Shown here one piece after another: positions 45,247 through 45,286 of a stretch of DNA of 45,286 bases (the first letter of the stretch is position 1; every line of letters begins with the position of its first letter). This DNA comes from Faecalimonas sp. (GTDB taxonomy: Bacteria; Bacillota; Clostridia; Lachnospirales; Lachnospiraceae). The notes beneath the pieces were generated by a model. The model searched no databases, was not told the origin of the DNA, and saw nothing but the letters and a program-made list of their open reading frames with translations. Location: positions 1-45,286 of the forward strand of contig JAZQMU010000178.1 of assembly GCA_045543595.1 (NCBI GenBank), in the 5' to 3' direction. The translations under genes and the position numbers were made by a program.

Positions 45247-45286
45247 AGAGATTGTGGCTTAATGGTACTAATAAGCCACAATCTCT
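45247..45286. terminator. stem-loop terminator at the window end
   Basis: AGAGATTGTGGCTTA-10 nt-TAAGCCACAATCTCT. Confidence 0.8.

Overview
45.3 kb of chromosome from a low-GC, spore-forming Firmicute, most likely Lachnospiraceae/Clostridia (inferred from spoIIID, TnpV/MobA-type element genes and gene style). Positions 1-32.4 kb and 42.4-45.3 kb are mostly housekeeping and accessory genes: dnaE, pfkA, murI, an opp-type ABC transporter, spoIIID, ald, MATE, and an ECF sigma factor with two RsgI/PepSY paralogs. About 32.9-42.4 kb is a decayed tyrosine-integrase integrative mobilizable element, bounded by 27-bp imperfect repeats derived from the 5' end of a low-molecular-weight phosphatase gene. 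Its relaxase, VirE, excisionase/integrase and Schlafen-like genes are broken by three deletions. Its cargo operon is intact: an RHH controller, a fused restriction-methylase, a two-TRD S subunit and an unannotated protein with a HEPN RxxxxH motif. The two best candidates for an undescribed system are (1) this RM + HEPN operon and (2) an AAA+/DUF4143 ATPase-nuclease gene preceded by three identical 21-bp repeats at an exact 33-bp period that overlap its promoter. All calls come from motif recognition by eye; no database searches were run.
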